From assembly GCA_024626585.2 (NCBI GenBank), contig JANKJI020000004.1, positions 158,685,972 through 158,712,514 on the forward strand: 26,543 bases of DNA, in the 5' to 3' direction. The DNA is from Ginkgo biloba (taxonomy: Eukaryota > Plantae > Ginkgophyta). This document shows positions 11,701-20,700 of the stretch, in pieces (positions within the stretch are counted from its first letter, which is position 1; each line of letters starts with the position of its first letter). The notes under the pieces are model-generated. The model worked only from the letters and a program-made list of their open reading frames with translations, searched no databases and was not told the origin of the DNA. A program made the translations under genes and the position numbers.

Positions 11701-14700
11701 GTAGATATTATGTTCTTGTTCATTATCTTAAAAGTTCAAAACTTAGATTGATATTTAAATGAATTTCTAAGGGATAAATTAGCACACAACTAAACCCAAT
11801 GATTNNNNNNNNNNNNNNNNNNNNNNNNNNNNNNNNNNNNNNNNNNNNNNNNNNNNNNNNNNNNNNNNNNNNNNNNNNNNNNNNNNNNNNNNNNNNNNNN
11901 NNNNGGAAGACTCATATGCTATGCAAATTCGAAGTAAGGGGAAGCAACAATTCCTCAAGTTGACGGTGGAAAAAGAGTCTTTGTAGATTGCAAAGGAAAT
12001 AATATAGGACTTGCAAAAGATTGAAGCATCGAAGATAGTGACATATTAGGAAGTTTTTGATCGAGCTGGGAGGTGTAGACATGGAGGTTCCCTAATATCT
12101 GAACTGAAATGACCATTGACAAGATGGAGAATGTGAATTGAGAAGAATCATCTCAAACAAAATTGGTAGAACAAGTTCTACAATTCAAAGTTTCAATGAA
12201 ATTGGCCACTTTGATTGTAGTTGTCCAAGGGATGCTAGAAACATTGGTTCAACAAGCTCAGGCAAGAGCACATAAGGTGACTCCAACATCCGCATGACTA
12301 ATGATCATAGTCGAATGCACAATAATGAGGAAGCCAATTAAAAATGATGCAGTTGTGGATAATCTTCAAAGAAGCATATTCACTCTTAGTTTTGGAAGAT
12401 CATGTGATGAAGATTACTATTATGATAATGGATTAGGAATTGAGACAAACCATTATGGATGACAAATCTGGAGTAAACATTATCTGTGAGGTTGTATTGT
12501 GACAAGTTGGCCATCCGACACTATCAAGATTTTGATTAAGGATGGCTGACCAAAGGCGGTTGGAGTTGCAAGGATTGCTAATGGGGCAAGTTCTTCACAT
12601 TTCAATCAAATTTTCAAAGTTGATTTCAATGTCATTCTAGTGTGCCATGAGGCACCATCCTACATTGCACTATTCAAACGACCATGGTTAAGACGAGCAC
12701 GAGCGATTCAATATTGGGGAAGAGATACTCTACCCATTAAATAGAGTGGAAGAAGGCTTTGTATTGATTTAAGAAATCAGATGATGAGCGAGGAACTCAC
12801 ATCGAGCATCAATTCAGACGATGAAGATGATGGTGATGGAGGGAAGGTGCCTTCCGAAGGAAGTGCACCATCTGGCGATGCACCATGTGAGCTGACGGAT
12901 AATGGCGTGCTGGTGTTAGACCCATGTTCGGAGGACAATGTCCTTTAAGATAATGGCCTTTTACACTCGCAATTAGGGGAATATGAAATGTGTTCTCCTT
13001 GATGTAATCAGATCATTATTATGAATAATGTCTAGAACACTTAAGAGAGCAAACAATAGGAGAGAGAGATAAAGAAAGAAAGAAATAAANNNNNNNNNNN
13101 NNNNNNNNNNNNNNNNNNNNNNNNNNNNNNNNNNNNNNNNNNNNNNNNNNNNNNNNNNNNNNNNNNNNNNNNNNNNNNNNNNNNNNNNNTATCTTTGATG
13201 GTGATATATATTATTGTCATTTTCAACTTGGATGCATAGGATGTGTTTAGATTCCTTTTACAGATTGATTTGACCAATTACATACATTGTATGGAGGTAG
13301 CCTCGGGAACTATACAGAAGACTTCAAGCAAGATCGCGATATTTTTTAAGTTTTCAGGAAAAAGATAAAATGCACAGGAATTATAGAGTTTAACACATAA
13401 ACACACATATTTCCACACCAAAATATTCTATCACGCATTTCCATGCCAAAATATTCTATCTTGCACTGTCGCACCACATTTTTGTGCCAGAATCTTCCAA
13501 CGTGCACTGTCACACTGCACTTTTACATCGAAGATCTAGAGTGTGCACTATCATGCATATTTCAACATCAGAGCACTGATAATGCGTGTATTTTAGAACT
13601 GAATAGTTATAGAAGAGTCTGAGAGGCCATATTTTCCCATTTTGCTAACTAAATACTCATTTTCTAAGATTTAGAGGGTTGAAGAGTGAGAAGAGGATTA
13701 CCCCTTAGGTTTGATCAATCGTTTCCATTGCATATTGACATCAAATCCTCCAGCACCAAGCAGGTACATCAGTATTTGTAGCTACTTATGAAAGACAACC
13801 TCTGAATCAGCCTTTTGAGGGACAATTTACCATACAGGTACCATTTGAAGAAGTTACTGAACTCTGCACAAATATAGTGTAGTCTGACACTTGTACTTTT
13901 TGACACTAGCGTGCACTCTAGTTTAGGAGAGCCATGCAAACATTTCTCCTTTAGTAAAAGTTTGTATTCAAAACATAAAACTATCAGGGGAAAAGTGTTC
14001 GAAGTCCACTCCTACAATTCCACAGACCATTTTTGTGAATGAACTGGCGTCCCACATGCACCTTGGAGTTTTATGTGTCTTCAAATTTTCGAGTTTAGCT
14101 CTTCTCTGAATTATATTCTTGGGTACTTTGCAATTTCTTGTCACTTCTAGATTGTCTGAAAGTAACCTTAAGTTAACCATTTTTATTTGTATTGAGGTTA
14201 AACTATCTTTGCTTTTGCTATATTCACTTGCAGTTCCAAATAGAGAACCTCCCCAAGGCACCTAAGTGATTATGAGACTCTAAAATTCTATCAAGCAAAT
14301 TGGCATCATCTATGCAAAGAAGAAAGGAAATAGCAAATACTGCTATCTATCCTTCATCCTTTCTCTTTGTTCATGCTTCTAGCTTTATTGTGGAATTATT
14401 TGGGTTCATTTGAGACATCATGCTTTGACTATTCAGTTGAACAAATTAACTGACAACAGAGTTGTGGACATGTGCTCCTTTATGATGTTTTGTATTATTC
14501 AGTGTTTGTATTCTATTGAAGCAATGGTAAAATCAAAATGTGTTTATTTAAAGTAGTGATTGTGCACCTTTTTGAATGATCAGGTATTTCGATTAACAAT
14601 TGAAACGGAAGATTTCCCTTTTCATGTTGCTGAGCTTTCTGTTGGCACTCACCAGCACCTGCTTATTACATATCGCGATGATCTGGGTACGTTGATACAG

Positions 14701-17700
14701 TTGTTGACCAAGCATTTATTTAGATTGTAGGTGTAAAATGATGGCTTCTCATAGCATATGAAATCATGTTTCTGCTGTGTTGTATGCTTGGTAGGCACTC
14801 CTTTCTTTGAAGCTCATGGTGCTGTTCCACTAATGGTTGACACAAATCATCCTGAGATTGTGTCAGTCAAGGTTACTGATGTTGACAACAAGGGCATTTC
14901 AACCAATGGTACCCTTTATGTGCAGGTCAGTTTTGTTGAGTACTCTCATGGTCTTTCTAAGTTTTCCTAAAAGATAAACAAAGAATCACAGCTATTTTAG
15001 AGTATTGTACTTGGTTTGTTCACAATTTAAAAAACAAGATGCTCCAAGAGCCAATGAAGAAAAAATTCGAAACTATAACACCCTAAATAATCTTCTTTCC
15101 CTTGAGTATGTGTGCTCATGCATCAGCCATAATCAGCCCTTATATGGACCCATAATGTGCTGGAACTACATGTTTTTTATGACCCATGCATGTGCAATAT
15201 AAAGTGCTCGTTTCTTACATTGAGTGGACCTTGGGCCTTGGCATGCTTATTGAAAACTAAGCACATGAGGACCCTTCTTGAAAACAGCACTAAGCTTAGC
15301 TGTGTCCAAACAAACAGACAGTGAGAGCATGCATTGAGCAGCTTCTTCACTAAGAAGACCCTATTTACAATGAAGAACTGCATTGTTAAGCAGAAATTAG
15401 AACATGCTAATGCATTTACTTATATACCTTAATTACATGGAGTTCAGCTTTATGAGTGGAAAGAAAATATTCTGTAGAGTCACTGACCAGTGCAGACCTC
15501 CTTGCATCATCCACTTCAAACATTTCTACTGAGCATTATGGAGGTGGAGCTCCTTCTGTGGCCACTTCTTGGCTGGCTCCAAGTTAGTTGCCTGGTCTAT
15601 TGTCAAAGTGGTGATGAGATCTGTTTTGTTGTACTCTTCCTACTTGTTATAGTATTTTCAGCTCATTGTTATTGGCCCTATTCTGTTAAGTGCAACAAGG
15701 ATTTAATCATTTTTTGTCGAAGCATTTTGTCATTGAGAAGCATGTGTTGTCATTAATGGACTCAGTTTACCATGTTTCATAGATTTGTTGTTAATAATGA
15801 ATACATTCAACTAGTTTTTGTCGGCAAATGTTAGATCCACCCCATTGGATGAATCAAAAGTGCTTTTTCTCAGAGCTTCACATTCTGAGTATGAGATTTT
15901 GGTTTAGTATTCAAAAAGCATGTGTATTGATACTATTTTATTAAGTTGCAATATTGATTCTTGAATGCATGTGTTGATTACAGCCCCTTTACTCGCCCTT
16001 TTTATGCATTCTTCGGATTGTTTCAAGTGGCATATGCTAGTGTGTTCTTATCAAGATATTTTACCTAAATTTTNNNNNNNNNNNNNNNNNNNNNNNNNNN
16101 NNNNNNNNNNNNNNNNNNNNNNNNNNNNNNNNNNNNNNNNNNNNNNNNNNNNNNNNNNNNNNNNNNNNNNNNNCAGTAGTTAAAATAGGCTGAAAGAATG
16201 AAGTAGTCAATCAGATGGATCTAGAGGAGCCCCGTAATGACTGACGTTTGAAAGTCACCATCTCATGAAGGAACAAAGCCAAGCATCTCTGATTCTTGAA
16301 AATATAAGGTGTCAGTCACTTATTCACCAATATATTATGATGCCTTGCACGATGACGAAATATCGAATCTTGATTTAAAGAAGGAAAAACTTTCTGCACA
16401 TTTACACTACTGCCATCATGTGTTAAGTGTCTCTTTTTTTTCTTTAAATACAATCCTTTTTTTAGTTTCTTGACAAAATAGAGCTTACTTCCCTCCCTGA
16501 AAAGGATGTCCATGGGACTACGTAGAGTGCGTTGAAAACTCTGAAAGGAAAGAAGCATCATTTGAGAGTATTGGACCAAATCTGTTTATGAAAAATGTAA
16601 ACATTATGCATATATATTTCGGGTTACAAATGTTGAAACATTGACGTACTATATATCATTCACTCTTTTCATCTTTTATGATAGACACTGTGGTGGAGGC
16701 ATGCTCTAGAACCTTGAGAACAACTCAATTATTTCTTGTAGTTTTTAAAAGAGAAGAAAAATCATTAACCACCCAGTATATTGCTTGTATTGTTTGTTCA
16801 CATATGATTGAAATATGTCTAGATCCATTTACTCATGATGATTCAGCTAATTCGGTTGAATGGCAAACGGGCAGTGAATGGAACCAGATGGTTCCAAACA
16901 AGCATACATCTAGTAGTATACTTATCAAAACTTCCATCTACTGTTAGGAGTGAAGTTCAGTTCATCTACTTTATCAAGGAGCTTCTTTTTTACCTTGTTA
17001 TGATAAAGTTTGTATATACCAGGTTTTCACGTAGGTGAAGAGGGTCACTGGTCGAGTGCCAATGAAGATGTTCTTGCTATAGACAGCTCCTCTGGAGAAG
17101 CACGAGCTGTTGGCGAGGGGACTACACGAGGTATTGTGGTCAATATGCTTTTCTTATCATGTTGTTCTGTATTTACTCAAATCTGGTTGCATGATGATCG
17201 ATACTGATGCAATGAAATCCATGCATTTGTTATTATCTTTTTATGGCAGTAATGTTCAAAAGCTCAAGATTGACAACATACACAACTGTTACTGTGGTTA
17301 GAGTGGCTTCTGTCACAGTTGATGCTCCTCCTGGTCCCTTCACCAATGCTCCTGTTCCAGAGAAGGGGTATAATTTCTCTCTAAAATTCAGGTGTGTATT
17401 TCAGTTCCATGTAGAGCTTTTGAGCACAAGGAACAATCATGCTTGAAGATAAATTCGTTGTAAACGATGGCAACTTAGTTTTTTCATTAAGATTGTTATC
17501 AGTGTTGGCCATCATTCTGAGTCATGGCCACTGTAGTAGATCCATGCATCCATCTCAACAGTCAGTGTGCAAGTGAGGACAAATTTACCCACAATGGCAG
17601 CAAATCATAGAGCATTTAAAATTGATGAATGACTAGAACTGATTTGAGTATTTTGAGAGGTTTTTGAGAGGTTTTGTGCTGTACTTGGTGCTTTTAGGAG

Positions 17701-20700
17701 CCAGTCTGATTCTGCTGGTCAATGTTTATGTCATTTCTAATTGGCTTGTAGGAGGTAGTTAAAGTTCCTTAAGGAAGTGAGTTAAGAAACTAAACATGGC
17801 AATGAAGCCGTTTTTGTTGGCTAGGAGTCAACTGGTCCTCCCTGTGATTACCATTTAGATTCTGCATTGGTTCTGAAAAATACAGCTTATTTATAGAAAA
17901 CCTGTCCATTCATTGTTATTTCTATAGATTATATGGTCTTCCCTAAAAATTAGATACCCTAGTAATAGCTCCTACAGCTGAATCTAGTCTGTTTTCATAT
18001 GTTGGCTATGGTTGATTCTCATCATCTGGTAGAATAGTTGTTGTACGAGTGAAACAAAACGGATCCTAGGAAAGTTCAGTAGGATGGCGCAGCAAAAACT
18101 TAAACTGAAGTCTGCCAATATGCAAGGGACTTTATCCCTATCAGGATAAGACCTACTAAACTAGCTTCTCCTTCAAGAACATGCGGGATTTTTCTTTCTC
18201 AAGCCCTCCCTGCTGCACAGAGAAAATGTAGAAACCCCTCTCTGGATTCCAGTTAACAAACACTCTTGGCCATAACAGCTCAGAAGAAAGAAGACAACAA
18301 AAGCGAAGGGAAAGGAAGGCTTGTGAGCAAGAGGAGTGAGTAAGTGAAGAGGGCAGTAGAAAAGGAACCTCATGCTAGTCTAGGAAGAGATCAGGCATTA
18401 TCATGGGGATCATATTTAATGATGATTGATGTAGTAAGGTCCACTAGTGGGTTTTAGTCCTTAGTGGATATATCATGTACTGGAGTTTACTTGTAGTAGG
18501 CTAAAGACAAAGAATGGAATTGCCAGTCACACAGTTGTGTAATATTTTCTTGTCTGATGAACATTGAGTAATAATTTGTTCTAACATTCAAAATAAACTG
18601 AAGGTGGTTGTCTAATACTATCAGCAGTTTTATGATCGTCTCCTATTGGTCATTTGTTTCAAGTACTAGTGTCAAGTGTTTTCCTACCTTTCTAATGAAA
18701 ATTAATGTATCTATGGTACTAGAGTTTTTGAACATTATTCATTGAAAATATATGCAAGGGATACAGTTTGAGCCTGACGCAACTGTTCCAGTAGTTCAAC
18801 CTATCTTCATTTCTCTCTCCTCCCTTTTTATTGCTTCATCCACTTCTCTATTTCTATTTATAATTGCGGTCCTATGCATTAGTACTCAATGGCTGCCTCA
18901 TGGCAATGTTTTACAGTTGCAAGGCTTCATGCAAGTGAAAGGCGCAAATTTGTTGAAGGCATCTTTCTACTATCATATAATATGTCAGCAATATTTAGTT
19001 CTATTATGTAAGAAAACACAGTTGTATTAATGAGGGATTTATTCAGACTGCACAGTGTTCACTGTTCAGCAATGCAAATGCTGATTGTCAGGTTCTTTCA
19101 CCTAACTATTAGTAGGGTTTACCAGTGTACTTATTCACAACATATACGAAAATAAATCTAACCATGAGTAACTTTCACGTCTCATAACAGCCAGCATTCT
19201 AAACATCGGCATCAAACAGTAAAAGCACAGAAGCAGACCCAACTTCTAATCAAGTAACCGAAGGATGACTGGTGTACTGAATGTTGAAGCACTAAAGGTT
19301 GCTTCCTCCTGTGCCAAGCCTGCTATGGCATCTTCTTCATATTCAACTTCATGTAATCCCAGTGAATTTTGTTGAGAAGGATGAAGAATCTATTGGACCT
19401 GTTGGACAAACAGACTTTGGAATTGTCGTATTAATTGGTTGTTCTGAAGCCCATATGGGAATGCATTTTGGAGTAGCATACTGAATAATTATTGTCCGAT
19501 TCATTTGAATAATTTTCTCAAAATCCAAAACTGCCTGCCTATATTTGTTTGGAGAACAAGCTTCTCGGCATGTTGTCAAACAGTGTTTCATTGTCTTGTC
19601 CCACCATAAAAAAACATGCATTGACCAATACTTCAAACTATGCCACAAGTAATTGCATCCTGTCTTTTGAAATATCTTTTGAGCCTCGTGAATGAATTCT
19701 GAGGCTCCAAATCAAACCATTTGGTTATTACATGATTGGGCAGCTTGCAAGGCTGCACTGTATCAGTCTGGTCTTTCTTCCAAGGCTCAACAAGTTAGTA
19801 AGTCAATCTCAATTACATAAAAGCAATAAATAGAATAAATATGATATCAATCATCAGAGTGCACAACAATAAAGGATTATCTTTATCCATCTCTCTAACA
19901 TAACCACAAGNNNNNNNNNNNNNNNNNNNNNNNNNNNNNNNNNNNNNNNNNNNNNNNNNNNNNNNNNNNNNNNNNNNNNNNNNNNNNNNNNNNNNNNNNN
20001 NNNNNNNNNNATCAAAATAAAGATTACATCGCACATATATATGTATATATATATATATAATTGATTATAGTAGATGTTTTGTTTATAATATTTTGATGTA
20101 ATAGTGTAATGAAGAATATTCTATTTTAAAAAAGGTGGGTATTGTGGATTTTTAAATATTTTTATTTGGCTTATTTCACCTTAAGGGGTGAGAGTGTTGA
20201 TAAAGAAATAGCCAATAACTTTCTCCATTGTCTATTGAATTTTGTTGATGAATGCTTTTTATTAGTTATCGAATATGTTGTTAATAAATGAATTCTGTGC
20301 ATTGACCTGTGTGATGCATAGTTGAATAGAATAAACGTTTGAAGCATTTTAACTATAGACAGCTTTAATAGTTAAACAGAGACTAAATTTTATTGCCTGC
20401 AATTATAGCGACTCTCAAGGTCGCAATTTCAGAGCTTTTGGAGAGGATGTGGGAATTCATTATGACTGTCGAGTTGATCCATCCTATATTGGGTAAGCAT
20501 TTTTTTTCGGATTATTTTACTTCATTGCAGTATAATTTTTTTGAATTGAATGGGATATTTTATTAGCTTTGTTTAATCATCATGCAGGTACTGTAAACCA
20601 TGGAGGGACTCAGTTACTGGTTCCTTATTTTGTTTATTTATTCCATATACCCCTGAACATTTAGTTCAAACATTGTCTGGCATAAAGGGTAGAAGTCAAA

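Noticed and set aside
13405-13570. Short imperfect repeats (aaatattctatc, gcactgtc)
   Set aside because: Irregular spacing and low identity; not a CRISPR array or a definable tandem array, and probably TE-internal.
18760-19800. Possible decayed DNA transposon coding sequence on the minus strand (ORF 19349..19648)
   Set aside because: No convincing transposase motif could be read.
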